Assembly (NCBI GenBank): GCA_963764165.1
Contig: CAVXRD010000002.1
Span: 1,568,001 to 1,632,000, forward strand
DNA from: an uncultured Verrucomicrobiae bacterium
GTDB lineage: Bacteria; Verrucomicrobiota; Verrucomicrobiia; Limisphaerales; Palsa-1400
Direction: 5' to 3'
Length of the DNA stretch: 64,000 nucleotides
The notes beneath the pieces were generated by a model. The model did no database searches. It was not told the origin of the DNA and saw only the letters and a list, made by a program, of their open reading frames with translations. Both the position numbers and the translations under genes were made by a program. Shown here piece by piece: positions 1 through 10,611 of this stretch. Every line of letters starts with the position of its first letter. The first letter of the stretch is position 1.

Positions 1-20
1 CAAAATTGCAAGCGGGAATA

Positions 21-188
21 TTTTAATTTGGAACGACCGAACTCAGGAAAAGAGATCGAAGTCAATTTCACGCGCGTCTTTAATCCGCGTTCACCACGGC
101 GTATTTGTCCCCTCAATTCACATTAATTCCCGTCGCTTGGAATGCGAATGCGGCCTCTTTTCCTGAGTTCGGCCGTTCCAGATTAAAA
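21..188. repeat. MITE-like element, family B (34-bp terminal inverted repeats)
   Basis: 21-54 TTTTAATTTGGAACGACCGAACTCAGGAAAAGAG is the reverse complement (2 mismatches) of 155-188. The same arms occur at 10424-10577 and 21052-21083. Confidence 0.8.
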
Positions 189-263
189 CCTTCCCCACCC
201 CAGCAGGCGTGTGCGGCGAGATTGCGGTTTGAACTTCCCCCGCCCTTGCCCTATAAACAACGT

Positions 264-1187
264 GTGTCCAATGACGCCAGCGGATCGGTCAACGCCAGCA
301 CGCGCTTTTGCGCGGTCTTTGGGCATCCAGTCAAGCATTCGGCCTCGCCAGCCATGCAGAACGCGGGGCTTGCCGCCCTCGGCCTCAATTGGCGCTATCT
401 GGCGTTCGATGTCCACCCGGATCACTTGCGGCCAGCCATTGAGGGTGCGCGGCGCATGGGATTCATCGGCCTCAATCTGACGGTGCCGCACAAATTGCTG
501 GCGCTCGACATGGTGGATGTGGTCGATGAACAGGCCAAATCCTGGGGTGCTGTCAATACCATCGTTTTCGAAACGCCCAACGCGGCCGGAAAATGGATTC
601 CGGTCGGCGCGAGGGATTCGCTGCCGGATGGCGAAGTGCGAAGCCGCGGCTTCAATACCGACGCCGATGCCATCGTCCAGGCGCTCAAAGAGGCATTCGA
701 CTTGACTGGCTTGCGCGGCAAGTCGGTGCTGGTGCTGGGCGCCGGCGGCGCGGGGCGGGCGGCGGCGCTGCGGCTGGCGCGCGAGAATTTGGAGGCGCTT
801 TGTTTGGTCAATCGCACGGAATCCAAGGTGGCGGAACTGGCGGCGGAGATTGCGAGGATTTCGCCGGGATTGCCCGTGTTTTCCGGTTATCCGCAAAGGA
901 CCGTGGACATCGTCATCAACGCCACGTCTCTTGGTCTCAGGGCGGGCGACGCGGCGCCGATTGACATGCAGTGGCTTCATGCGCACCGGCCTAAATTTGT
1001 GTATGACATGATTTACCGCCCAATGGAAACCGGCTTGTTGCGGGCCGGGCGCGATGCCGGTTGCAAGACGGCCAACGGCGCCGGGATGCTTCTCCACCAG
1101 GGGGCGCGCTCTCTGGAGCTGTGGACGGGGCGCCCCGCCCCGGTCGACGTGATGCGCGACGCGCTGCGAAAAAATCTCTACGGATGA
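264..1187 (+). CDS. aroE: Shikimate dehydrogenase
   Basis: Motifs GHPVKHSASP, NLTVPHK, GAVNT, FNTD, GAGGAG, NRT, INATSLG, YDMIY and GMLLHQG. GTG start chosen at 264 within ORF 105..1187. Confidence 0.95.
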   Translation: MSNDASGSVNASTRFCAVFGHPVKHSASPAMQNAGLAALGLNWRYLAFDVHPDHLRPAIEGARRMGFIGLNLTVPHKLLALDMVDVVDEQAKSWGAVNTIVFETPNAAGKWIPVGARDSLPDGEVRSRGFNTDADAIVQALKEAFDLTGLRGKSVLVLGAGGAGRAAALRLARENLEALCLVNRTESKVAELAAEIARISPGLPVFSGYPQRTVDIVINATSLGLRAGDAAPIDMQWLHAHRPKFVYDMIYRPMETGLLRAGRDAGCKTANGAGMLLHQGARSLELWTGRPAPVDVMRDALRKNLYG

Positions 1188-2317
1188 GCCACATCATCGA
1201 TCCCCAGGCGATGGCGCAGGTGCCGTTTCACTTTTGGACGCTGGTCTTTTTTGTGCTTGGCTGCACGGTGGGAAGTTTTCTCAATGTCTGCATTCACCGG
1301 ATGCCGCGCGGCGAAAGCATCGTGCACCCTCCTTCGCACTGTCCGCACTGCAATTACTCGATTCCATGGTATTTGAATATTCCGCTGGTGACGTGGCTTT
1401 ATCTCGGAGGGCGGTGCGCCAACTGCCGGGCGGAAATTTCAATGCGCTACTTCCTCGTCGAAGCCCTCACGGGCACAGTCTTCGCGCTTTGCTGGCTGAT
1501 GTTTGGCCCCCAATCGGCAGCGGTGGCCGGCGTGTATTGCGTGCTGCTGGCAGGGTTGATCGCGGCGACGTTTATTGACTTTGAGCACTTCATCATCCCG
1601 GACGAAATCACCATTGGCGGAATGGTGGTTGGGCTGCTGCTGGCGTTTTTTGTGCCGGGATCGCACATGAGTTTTCCAGGGTTCGTGCCGTTCACCGTGC
1701 CGGGGCCGTCGATGCGCGCCAGCGTGGTGGGAATGGTGGTGGGAGCGGGGATTGTGTATGCGATCCTGCGCCTGGGAAAATTGCTCTTCGGCCGTTACAA
1801 AATGAATTTTCCGCCCGGCAGCAAAATTCTCTTTACAGAGAGTTGCATCAAAACTCCCAGCGGCGACGTGCCTTACGACGAAGTTTTTTACCGTTCGTCA
1901 GACACAGTTCGAATCACAGCGGAACGCGTGGAAATGGTGGATCGCTGCTATCTGAAAGCGGAGATTCGCTTGCAGGAGAAATTGCTGAAAATTGGGGCGG
2001 ACACGTTCGAGCCGGAGAAGGTCTCTTGCCTTGAAGTCGTGACCGACCAGATGGTCCTGCCACGGGAAGCGATGGGCTTGGGTGACGTCAAGTTTATGGC
2101 GGCCATCGGAGCGTTTCTCGGCTGGCCGGCGGTGGTCTTTTCTTTGGCCATCAGCTCGGTGCTGGGATCGCTGGCCGGCGTGGGGCTGATCCTCATGCGC
2201 CGGCGCGAGTGGTCGGCGCGGATGCCCTACGGGCCTTACATCGCGGCGGCGGCGGTGATCTGGGTTTTTGGCGGGTATCGCTGGATGAAATATCTCGTCG
2301 CCGCGAATTTCCGGTAA
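1184..2317 (+). CDS. pilD: Prepilin peptidase / N-methyltransferase (peptidase A24)
   Basis: GSFLNVCIHRMP, CPHC/CANC Zn site, FIDFEHFIIPD, AMGLGDVKF, PYGPYI. ATGA overlap with the aroE stop. Carries an ~90-aa soluble insertion before GLGD. Confidence 0.9.
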   Translation: MSHIIDPQAMAQVPFHFWTLVFFVLGCTVGSFLNVCIHRMPRGESIVHPPSHCPHCNYSIPWYLNIPLVTWLYLGGRCANCRAEISMRYFLVEALTGTVFALCWLMFGPQSAAVAGVYCVLLAGLIAATFIDFEHFIIPDEITIGGMVVGLLLAFFVPGSHMSFPGFVPFTVPGPSMRASVVGMVVGAGIVYAILRLGKLLFGRYKMNFPPGSKILFTESCIKTPSGDVPYDEVFYRSSDTVRITAERVEMVDRCYLKAEIRLQEKLLKIGADTFEPEKVSCLEVVTDQMVLPREAMGLGDVKFMAAIGAFLGWPAVVFSLAISSVLGSLAGVGLILMRRREWSARMPYGPYIAAAAVIWVFGGYRWMKYLVAANFR

Positions 2318-2327
2318 CCGGCGCGGA

Positions 2328-3611
2328 ATGGAAAACAACACCCAGCGGCGCGCGCAACTCTGGGTGCCGAGCCTTTATTTTTCCTCCGGCGTTCCGTACG
2401 TCATCGTCATGATGGCCTCGGTGGTCATGTACACCAAGCTGGGCTTGTCAAAGACACAGATTTCCCTCTGCACGAGCTGGCTTTCCCTGCCGTGGGTGAT
2501 CAAGCCGATTTGGAGTCCGCTGATTGATTCGCGACGGACGAAGCGCGCCTGGATCGTCAGCATGCAGGTCTGCATTGCCAGCGGGCTGGCGCTGACAGCA
2601 TGGGCGATCACCGCCTCCCATTTTATCGCGTGGTCACTGGCCATGCTGATGCTAATGGCCTTTGCCTCCGCCACGCACGACATCGCGGCGGACGGGTTTT
2701 ACATGCTCAGCATGACGCAGCATCAGCAGGCCATGTGGGTGGGTTTGCGGAGCACCTTTTATCGAATGGCGACGGTGGCGGGGACCGGATTGCTGGTGAT
2801 GCTGGCTGGAAAATTGGAAGATCGGTTTCACGACGTTTCGAAGGCGTGGTCGATTTCGCTTTTTGCGGTGGCGGGCTTGTTTTTTGCGTTCACCCTCTGG
2901 CACGGCTTCATTTTGCCAAGGCCATCTGGCGACGGCCCGGTGGGCGCCGGGCGGAATCTCATGGGCGGATTTCTGGAGACATTTGATGAGTTCTTCCAGA
3001 AACCCGGACTGCCGATGGCGGTGGCGTTTATCCTGCTCTACCGATTTGATGAAGCGCAGGTGGGAAAAGTGTTGCAGCCATTTCTGCTTGACAAGCGGGA
3101 CCACGGCGGATTGGGATTGACGACGTTTCAAGTCGGCTACGTTTACGGCACAGTGGGCATTATTTCGCTCACCTGCGGAGGCATCGTGGGTGGCGTTGCG
3201 GCGGCCCGCTTCGGATTGAAGACGATGCTGCCGATCATGGCAGCCGTCATGTATTTGCCGAAGTCGGTCTTTTTGCTCCTGTCATGGAAGCAGCCCAAGA
3301 GCATTCCGCTGCTGTGCGGCGCGGTGGGATTTGAGCAATTTGGCTACGGGTTCGGGCTCACGGCCTTTCTACTTTACATGCTTTACTTCGCCGATGGCCC
3401 ACGCCGCACCGCGCACTACGCCATCTGCACCGGATTCATGGCGCTGGGGATGATGATCCCCGGCATGTGGAGCGGCTGGCTGGCGGATCATCTGGGCTAT
3501 CACAAATTTTTCGCATGGATTATTCTTTGCGCCATACCGGGGATGACCATGACACTCCTGCTCAAAGTCGATCCGCAATTTGGAAAGAAGAAAGTGGTGA
3601 GAAATGAATAG
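2328..3611 (+). CDS. AmpG-like MFS permease
   Basis: About 12 hydrophobic segments. LPWVIKPIWSPLID and ASATHDIAADG motifs typical of the AmpG family. Confidence 0.85.
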   Translation: MENNTQRRAQLWVPSLYFSSGVPYVIVMMASVVMYTKLGLSKTQISLCTSWLSLPWVIKPIWSPLIDSRRTKRAWIVSMQVCIASGLALTAWAITASHFIAWSLAMLMLMAFASATHDIAADGFYMLSMTQHQQAMWVGLRSTFYRMATVAGTGLLVMLAGKLEDRFHDVSKAWSISLFAVAGLFFAFTLWHGFILPRPSGDGPVGAGRNLMGGFLETFDEFFQKPGLPMAVAFILLYRFDEAQVGKVLQPFLLDKRDHGGLGLTTFQVGYVYGTVGIISLTCGGIVGGVAAARFGLKTMLPIMAAVMYLPKSVFLLLSWKQPKSIPLLCGAVGFEQFGYGFGLTAFLLYMLYFADGPRRTAHYAICTGFMALGMMIPGMWSGWLADHLGYHKFFAWIILCAIPGMTMTLLLKVDPQFGKKKVVRNE

Positions 3612-3701
3612 CACCGCAACCTCACAAATGAATTTTTTCGCAGCGTCTCCGCGAAAAGATAAACGTGGCAGGGCGAGGCTGCCAACGAACTGTCTTGTGG
3701 A

Positions 3702-3805
3702 GGTAGGGACGCCTCGCCGAGGCGTCCGGGGCGAGGCGTCGTTGAACGGTGCGGCCCACAAAAACTTTCACGCGCAACCGGGCGCCTCGGCGAGGCGTCC
3801 CTGCC
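3702..3805. repeat. REP doublet (REPIN-like), GTAG family
   Basis: GGTAGGGACGCCTCGCCGAGGCGTCC followed by an inverted copy ending CGTCCCTGCC. The reverse-complement homolog is at 36640-36740. Confidence 0.8.
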
Positions 3806-3892
3806 TCCAAAGGCGAAATTTGTTCGTCGGAACTTCTCACCGATTCGTTGGCTGGGGCCTCCTGCCGAGCCATTTGCCGAGATTGGTCGGCA

Positions 3893-4107
3893 GCATCCCG
3901 GCAGGGATGGAAGCTCGTAGCCGGTGGTTGAGCGAAGCGCATCCGGAAAAACGCCCAAAATCCTCGGGCATTCTGGAAGGATGCCAGCATGAACTGCGAT
4001 CCCGCCACGCGGCTGTCATCCCTGCCGGGATGAGTTATAATTATCGTTGCGTCTGGTGGTATCGCTTCGCTCAACCACCGGCTGCGAGCTGTGATGCCTC
4101 CGGCATC
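3893..4107. repeat. Nested inverted-repeat element (REP/BIME-like)
   Basis: AGCTCGTAGCCGGTGGTTGAGCGAAGCG (3912-3939) pairs with CGCTTCGCTCAACCACCGGCTGCGAGCT (4063-4090). CATCCCGGCAGGGATG pairs with CATCCCTGCCGGGATG. Confidence 0.7.
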
Positions 4108-4166
4108 TTTCGCGGAGGTCTTTTCCTGATTTCCTGATTTCCAGATATTTCCTTTATTTATTCCGC

Positions 4167-5750
4167 GTGGAAAATTTAACCCAGAATGTTCAGCACGATC
4201 TCGCGAAATTGGAGCGGGCGCCGCGCGATCTCGAGCGCTGGCAGCGCGCGCAGCAGCAGTTGCTCTCTGGTCGCGGCCCGGCCGCGCTTCCCGTTTATCG
4301 CGAATTGACGCACCGGTATCCCGCGATTCTCAATCTTTGGTTTGAGTTTGGAACGGCGGCGGCGGCGGATTTGGATTTTGAACTCGCGCTCAACGCCTTT
4401 GGCCGCGCGGAAATCCTTTCCGCAGGCAATCCCGCCACACTGGTCATGCTCGGCCAGCAGTTTCACCGGCTGCGGAAAATCGACCGCGCCCGCGCCTGTT
4501 ACGAACGCGCGGTGCAGGCCGATCCGTCGTCGACCCACGCGCGCTTGAGTCTGGCGGCGTGGCTGGAGCGCGAGCGGCGGATCGAGGAAGCGATCGCGCA
4601 AGTGGACGCGTCGCTGTCCCGCAATGCGAAGGATCCGTCGGCTTTGTATTATCGCGCGTTCCTGCTGCAGCGCGCGGGGCAAAACGCCGAGGCGGAAAAA
4701 ATCCTGCGCGATTTGATTCAAGGCGGCCTGTCCGATCCAGGCATTAAAATTTCCAGTCACCATTTGCTCGGCGTGACGCTGGATGAGCAAGGCCAATATG
4801 CCGAGGCGATGGAATGGCTGTTGAAAGCGAAGGCGCTGGTGCGCCAGCACAACAATGTTCTCGCGCTGGAGCAAAGTTACGACAAGGCGGTCCGCAATCG
4901 GCGGGGGCTGCTCGCAAAATTGGCCCCCGCCATGATCCAACGCTGGAAGGAAGAGGCCGCCAGGCTGCCTGGGAAACGCCCGATGGCGTTGCTGGCCGGC
5001 CATCCGCGCAGCGGCACAACGCTGCTGGAACAAATACTTGACGCGCATCCCGCCGTTCGCGCCTTCGATGAATCAGAGGCCTTTGTTTCCGAAATTGCCG
5101 ACAAACTTGCGCCAGCTCCCCCGGGTGCGCTGTTGACCGCGGAGGCGTTGAACGCGCTGCCAAATAATCGCCGCGAGGAATTGCGCCGCCGCTATTTCAA
5201 AAGCCTGTTCCGCGAGCTTGATGGCGAATTAAGCGCTGACCGGCTCCTGCTGGACAAAAATCCCGTGGCGACCGCCTCGCTCCACTTGTGGCTGCGGCTC
5301 TTTCCCGAATCGAAAATCATCATCGCGCTGCGCGACCCGCGCGATGTTGTTCTGAGCTGTTTTTTCCAGAACCTCGCCCTGACGCCGCTCAACGCGAATT
5401 TCCTGAGCCTCGACGGCGCTGTCAAACATTATTCCGACACGATGGATGTGTGGCTGCGCTTGCGGGAACTCGGCGGCTTTGAGTGGGTCGAGACACGCTA
5501 CGAAAATATCGTCGGCGGCACGGAAGCCGAAGGCCGCCGCGTGACGGAATTTCTTGGTTTGGCGTGGAACGAAGCGCAAATCGCCTCGCACGAATCCGCC
5601 CGCAAGAAACTCGTCTTCTCGCCCACTTACAGTGATGTTGCGCAGCCTGTCCATGGGCGGGCTGTTGGGCGGTGGCGGAATTATGCAGGCATGATGGAAG
5701 CGGTGGTGCCGAAGCTTGACGCCTTCGCTCGCTCCCTTGGCTACGAATAA
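4167..5750 (+). CDS. TPR-repeat sulfotransferase family protein
   Basis: N-terminal TPR-like helices. PAPS-binding motifs GHPRSGTTLL and LRDPRDVVLS. Confidence 0.9.
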   Translation: MENLTQNVQHDLAKLERAPRDLERWQRAQQQLLSGRGPAALPVYRELTHRYPAILNLWFEFGTAAAADLDFELALNAFGRAEILSAGNPATLVMLGQQFHRLRKIDRARACYERAVQADPSSTHARLSLAAWLERERRIEEAIAQVDASLSRNAKDPSALYYRAFLLQRAGQNAEAEKILRDLIQGGLSDPGIKISSHHLLGVTLDEQGQYAEAMEWLLKAKALVRQHNNVLALEQSYDKAVRNRRGLLAKLAPAMIQRWKEEAARLPGKRPMALLAGHPRSGTTLLEQILDAHPAVRAFDESEAFVSEIADKLAPAPPGALLTAEALNALPNNRREELRRRYFKSLFRELDGELSADRLLLDKNPVATASLHLWLRLFPESKIIIALRDPRDVVLSCFFQNLALTPLNANFLSLDGAVKHYSDTMDVWLRLRELGGFEWVETRYENIVGGTEAEGRRVTEFLGLAWNEAQIASHESARKKLVFSPTYSDVAQPVHGRAVGRWRNYAGMMEAVVPKLDAFARSLGYE

Positions 5751-5933
5751 TTTGCTTCGGAGTTTTCGGGGGGCGACCGACTGCTGGAAAAGAGAATGCA
5801 TTGAGTTTTTCCCAATCCCATCGGGAGACCTAAAAGACATATACGGCTTTTAGGACCTATGATTTACCATCAAACTTTGCATTTCAAACGACTGCGCCTT
5901 ATTGTGGCGGGATGTGGTAATCGCATTATTGTC

Positions 5934-8828
5934 ATGGCCAAGGAACTCATCAGGATTGGCGGCGCGCGCCAGCATAATCTCAAAAATCTCAGCCTGACCA
6001 TTCCGCGCGATAAATTGGTGGTCCTGACGGGATTGAGCGGATCGGGCAAGTCATCGCTCGCGTTTGACACGATTTACGCCGAGGGTCAGCGCAAATACGT
6101 CGAGTCGCTTTCGGCTTATGCGCGGCAGTTTCTCGATCAGATGGAGAAGCCGGATGTCGATTATATCGAGGGGCTTTCCCCCGCCATTGCCATTGAGCAA
6201 CGCGTTTCCGGCGCGAATCCGCGCTCGATCATCGCCACCACGACCGAAATTTACGATTACCTGCGCCTGCTCTTTGCGCACGTCGGGCAGCCGCATTGCC
6301 CTGAGAGCGGCGAGCCGATCAGCCGCCAGACCACCAGCGATATTGTTGATAATATTCTCAACCTGCCGGCGAAGACGCGGGTTGTTCTGCTGGCCCCGGT
6401 TGTCTCGAAGCAGAAGGGCGAGTTTCGCGATGTCATTGAACGGCTGGCGCGGGAGGGATTTGTCCGGGCGCGGGTCGATGGGGAGTTTGTGGAATTGAGC
6501 GCCAATGTCCGCGTCAAGCTGGATCCGAAACAGCGCCACACCATCGAAGCGGTGGTGGATCGGTTGGTCATCGACGACAAAGTCCGCGTGCGTCTTAGCG
6601 ATTCGGTGGAAACGGCGCTAAAGTGGGGCGACGGGCGGCTGGTTCTCTTGAAGCAATCCGGCGACTTGCCCGCAGGCACAAACGCCTGGGAGGAATCAAT
6701 GCATTCCAACCGCAATTTCAGCCCCGCCACCGGCCAAAGTTACGATCCGCCGACGCCGAAGCATTTTTCGTTTAATTCACCGCTGGGCGCGTGCTCCGTT
6801 TGCCACGGGCTGGGCCAGAAACTTGTATTTGACGAACATTTGATTGTGCCCGACCCGGAGAAATCGCTGGAAAAAGGCGCGGTGCTGCCGTGGCGCCGCG
6901 GGGCGAAGCGCCTGCTGGTTCATTACAAGTCGCTGCTGCGCGGCATGGCCCAGCATTATGGCTTGAGCGTGGAAACGCCGTGGAAGGATTTGCCGGCGGA
7001 TTTTCAAGAGAAGCTTTTGCGCGGCACCGGCGAGGAGGAAATCACGTTCACGTTTTTCCGCGCGGGCAAACCGACGCAGAATAAAAAAACGTTCGAGGGC
7101 ATCATTCCAAATTTGCAGCGCCTCTACGCGGAGAGCGAAAGCGAATTCACCAAGAATCGGCTGACCAGTTTCATGAACCCGCAGCCGTGCGACGCCTGCG
7201 GCGGAAAGCGGCTCAAACCGGAAATGCTCGCCGTCACCCTCGGGGCGTCGATTCCGGGAAGGCTGGTTCCCGGCCACTCGATCATGGATATTTGCGCGCT
7301 TTCCATCGAGCAGGCGGATGAATTTCTTGCGGGGCTTGCGCTGACGGAATTCCAGCAAAAAATTTCCGGCGAACTCATCAAGGAAATCCGCTCGCGCCTC
7401 GGCTTCCTGAAAAACGTCGGGCTCAATTACCTGACGCTGGACCGTGAAAGCGGCACGCTCAGCGGCGGCGAGGCGCAGCGCATCCGGCTGGCCACGCAGA
7501 TTGGGGCCGGGCTGGTAGGCGTGCTTTATATACTTGACGAACCGAGCATCGGATTGCACCAGCGCGATAACGACCGGCTGCTGGCTTCCCTCGAAGGGCT
7601 GCGGAATCTTGGCAATTCCGTCCTCGTGGTCGAGCACGATGAAGACACGATTCGCCGGGCCGATTACGTGCTTGATCTGGGCCCCGGCGCGGGAGTGCGC
7701 GGGGGCGAGTTGGTGGCGTCAGGAACCGTCGCGGACATCGAGGCGAATCCGCGTTCGCTCACCGGTCAATATCTCAAGGGGGAGTTGAAAATCGCCGTTC
7801 CCAAAACGCGCCTCAAGCCTTCGATGGCCTCTGGCTGGCTCGAAGTGATTGGCGCGACGGAGAACAATTTGAAAAACGTCGATGCGCGCATTCCGCTGGG
7901 CGCGTTCACCGTCGTGACTGGCGTTAGCGGATCTGGCAAGAGCACGTTGGTGGATGATATTTTGCGGCGCGCGCTGTTCCGAAAATTTTACGGCTCGAAA
8001 GAGCAGCCGGGAAAGCATCGCCAGATTCGCGGCTTCGAGTCGCTGGACAAAGTAATCGTCATTGACCAGACGCCGATTGGCCGGACGCCGCGGAGCAATC
8101 CCGCCACTTACACGGGGATGTTCAACCAGATTCGCGATCTGTTTGCGAAATTGCCCGCCGCGAAAATTCGCGGCTACGAGGCGGGCCGGTTCAGTTTCAA
8201 TGTCAAAGGCGGGCGCTGTGAGAAATGCCAGGGGGATGGCTTGATCAAAATTGAAATGCATTTTCTGCCGCCGATCTACGTCACTTGCGAAGCGTGCAAC
8301 GGCCGCCGCTACAATCGCGAAACGCTGGAGATCAATTACAAGGGGATGAACATCGCGGACGTGCTGGACATGACGGTGGACGAGGCCGTTACGTTCTTCC
8401 GCGCGGTGCCGAAAATTTACGATCCATGCCTGACCTTGGCGGAAGTGGGCTTGGGCTATGTGCGCCTCGGCCAATCCGGCACCACGTTGAGCGGGGGCGA
8501 GGCCCAGCGCATCAAGCTGGCCGCCGAGTTGAGCCGCAAAGCGACCGGCCACACGCTCTACATATTGGATGAGCCCACGACGGGCTTGCATTTTCACGAC
8601 GTGGCGAAACTTCTCGATGTCTTGTTCAAGCTGCGCAATTCCGGGAACACGCTGCTCATCATCGAGCACAATTTGGATGTCATCAAAACCGCCGATTGGG
8701 TGATCGACCTGGGGCCGGAAGGCGGCGCAGGCGGTGGGCGCATTGTGGCCGAGGGGCCGCCGGAAAAAATTGCCCGAACGCCGGAAAGCCATACCGGGCG
8801 ATACTTGAAGCCGTTGCTAACCGGATAA
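5934..8828 (+). CDS. uvrA: Excinuclease ABC subunit A
   Basis: GARQHNLKN start, two Walker A motifs ([16 protein letters not shown]), two LSGGEAQRI signatures and Zn fingers. Confidence 0.98.
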   Translation: MAKELIRIGGARQHNLKNLSLTIPRDKLVVLTGLSGSGKSSLAFDTIYAEGQRKYVESLSAYARQFLDQMEKPDVDYIEGLSPAIAIEQRVSGANPRSIIATTTEIYDYLRLLFAHVGQPHCPESGEPISRQTTSDIVDNILNLPAKTRVVLLAPVVSKQKGEFRDVIERLAREGFVRARVDGEFVELSANVRVKLDPKQRHTIEAVVDRLVIDDKVRVRLSDSVETALKWGDGRLVLLKQSGDLPAGTNAWEESMHSNRNFSPATGQSYDPPTPKHFSFNSPLGACSVCHGLGQKLVFDEHLIVPDPEKSLEKGAVLPWRRGAKRLLVHYKSLLRGMAQHYGLSVETPWKDLPADFQEKLLRGTGEEEITFTFFRAGKPTQNKKTFEGIIPNLQRLYAESESEFTKNRLTSFMNPQPCDACGGKRLKPEMLAVTLGASIPGRLVPGHSIMDICALSIEQADEFLAGLALTEFQQKISGELIKEIRSRLGFLKNVGLNYLTLDRESGTLSGGEAQRIRLATQIGAGLVGVLYILDEPSIGLHQRDNDRLLASLEGLRNLGNSVLVVEHDEDTIRRADYVLDLGPGAGVRGGELVASGTVADIEANPRSLTGQYLKGELKIAVPKTRLKPSMASGWLEVIGATENNLKNVDARIPLGAFTVVTGVSGSGKSTLVDDILRRALFRKFYGSKEQPGKHRQIRGFESLDKVIVIDQTPIGRTPRSNPATYTGMFNQIRDLFAKLPAAKIRGYEAGRFSFNVKGGRCEKCQGDGLIKIEMHFLPPIYVTCEACNGRRYNRETLEINYKGMNIADVLDMTVDEAVTFFRAVPKIYDPCLTLAEVGLGYVRLGQSGTTLSGGEAQRIKLAAELSRKATGHTLYILDEPTTGLHFHDVAKLLDVLFKLRNSGNTLLIIEHNLDVIKTADWVIDLGPEGGAGGGRIVAEGPPEKIARTPESHTGRYLKPLLTG

Positions 8829-8830
8829 TC

Positions 8831-8860
8831 GGCCACAGATTGGCACAGACCAACGCAGAT
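8831..8860. repeat. Solo arm of the CACAGAT triple-repeat (GxxExxY-associated) family
   Basis: GGCCACAGAT TGGCACAGAC CAACGCAGAT immediately after the uvrA stop. Confidence 0.7.
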
Positions 8861-8973
8861 TTTCGGAAAGACATTCCTTTGATAGGCATTGGCCATTGAG
8901 CGCAAAAGCGGTGAGTTAAAACCATTTCCGTCATCTTGCATTGCTCCTCCCGTTGACGCATTCTTGATTGACT

Positions 8974-10356
8974 ATGAATGAAGAGTTTCGGACAGAATCC
9001 GATTCCATGGGGCCGATGCATGTTCCCGCCTCCGCCTATTACGGAGCACAGACTGCGCGCGCCGTTGAAAATTTTCCCATCAGCAATCTGCGCTTTTCGC
9101 GCCGGTTTATTCGGGCGCTCGGCCTGATCAAAAAGCACGCCGCGCTCACCAACAAGGATCTCGGCGGGCTCAAGCCGGACGCCGCCGCCGCCATCGTCAG
9201 CGCCGCCCAGGAAGTCGTTGATGGAAAATGGGACAGCCAGTTTGTCATCGATATTTTCCAGACGGGCTCAGGCACCTCGACCAACATGAACGCCAACGAG
9301 GTCATCGCCAATCGCGCCTGCGAATTGATGGGCGGCCAGCGCGGAGGAAAATTGATTCACCCGAACGACCACGTCAATCGCGGCCAATCGAGCAACGACG
9401 CCATCCCCACCGCCATTCATATTGCGGCGATGGAGGGCATCGAGCGCAGCCTGATTCCCGCATTGACGGAATTGCAGCAATCGCTGGAAAAGAAGGCCGC
9501 GGAATTTCATGAAGTGCTGAAGATCGGGCGCACCCATTTGCAGGACGCCACGCCGATTCGCCTCGGCCAGGAATTTGGCGGTTACGCCAGCCAGGTCTCG
9601 CACGGCATCGGGCGGCTTCGCGCCGCGCAAAAGAATCTCGGCGAACTCGCGCTGGGCGGAACGGCTGTCGGCACGGGAATCAACACGGATCCGACATTTG
9701 CGCGGCTCACAATTGAGCGCATCGCGGGCGAAACAGGCTTGAGCATTTGCGAAGCAACCAACCATTTCGAAGCGCAAGGCGGACGGGATGCGCTCGTGGA
9801 GATTTCAGGCGCGTTGAAAACCATCGCGGTCAGCTTGATCAAAATCGCCAACGACGTACGCTTCCTCGGCTCCGGCCCGCGGCTTGGTTTGGGCGAATTG
9901 AAATTGCCCTCGACCCAGCCCGGTTCGTCGATCATGCCCGGCAAAGTGAACCCCGTCATGTGCGAGATGCTGCTGCAGGTTTGCGCGCAAGTGCTCGGGG
10001 CGGATGCCGCGATTACGTTCGGCGGCAGCTTCGGCAATTTTGAATTGAACGTCATGATGCCCGTCATGGCGCACAATCTTCTGCAAGCCATCGAACTGCT
10101 TTCCACAGGAACGCAGGTTTTCGCCCGCCGCTGCATCAATGGCCTCGAAGCGGACCGCGAAAAGTGCAAGGCGAATCTGGAATTGAGCCTGTCGAACTGC
10201 ACCATCCTCGCTCCGGTGATCGGCTATGACAAGGCGGCGAAGATTGCCAAAGTCGCTTACGAATCGAACAAGACCATCCGCCAAGTCGCGCTGGAAATTT
10301 CCGGTTTGGACAAAGCGAAGCTGGACGAATTGCTCGATCCCGCCAAGCAGACTTGA
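8974..10356 (+). CDS. fumC: Class II fumarate hydratase
   Basis: RTESDSMG, YYGAQT, FQTGSGTSTNMNANEVI, GSSIMPGKVNP. Confidence 0.95.
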   Translation: MNEEFRTESDSMGPMHVPASAYYGAQTARAVENFPISNLRFSRRFIRALGLIKKHAALTNKDLGGLKPDAAAAIVSAAQEVVDGKWDSQFVIDIFQTGSGTSTNMNANEVIANRACELMGGQRGGKLIHPNDHVNRGQSSNDAIPTAIHIAAMEGIERSLIPALTELQQSLEKKAAEFHEVLKIGRTHLQDATPIRLGQEFGGYASQVSHGIGRLRAAQKNLGELALGGTAVGTGINTDPTFARLTIERIAGETGLSICEATNHFEAQGGRDALVEISGALKTIAVSLIKIANDVRFLGSGPRLGLGELKLPSTQPGSSIMPGKVNPVMCEMLLQVCAQVLGADAAITFGGSFGNFELNVMMPVMAHNLLQAIELLSTGTQVFARRCINGLEADREKCKANLELSLSNCTILAPVIGYDKAAKIAKVAYESNKTIRQVALEISGLDKAKLDELLDPAKQT

Positions 10357-10423
10357 TGGCGCGGAGGCGGAGTTTATAGACGATGTTGCTCCGGGGCGGC
10401 TGCGGCAAAAAAGAAAAGGTCTT

Positions 10424-10577
10424 AATCAGGAACGACCGGACGCAGGAAAAGAGGCGGACGTGCCAATCTTATGCCTTTTGTCTCGTTCCATGGCGGCGAC
10501 GAGTGGAATGCATCAAAAAACCCAGAGCGCGCACGATGAATTTAGATCTCCGTTCCTGAGTTCGGTCGTTCCTGATT
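10424..10577. repeat. MITE-like element, family B
   Basis: AATCAGGAACGACCGGACGCAGGAA and inverted TTCCTGAGTTCGGTCGTTCCTGATT (2 mismatches), between the convergent fumC and MOSC genes. Confidence 0.8.
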
Positions 10578-10611
10578 TATATTCTGAAGGGTTTTCCACA
10601 TCCTTAGCCGC

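Noticed and set aside
3604..4137. 177-aa and 150-aa ORFs in the AmpG-sulfotransferase spacer
   Set aside because: They translate REP-like palindromes and show no family motifs.
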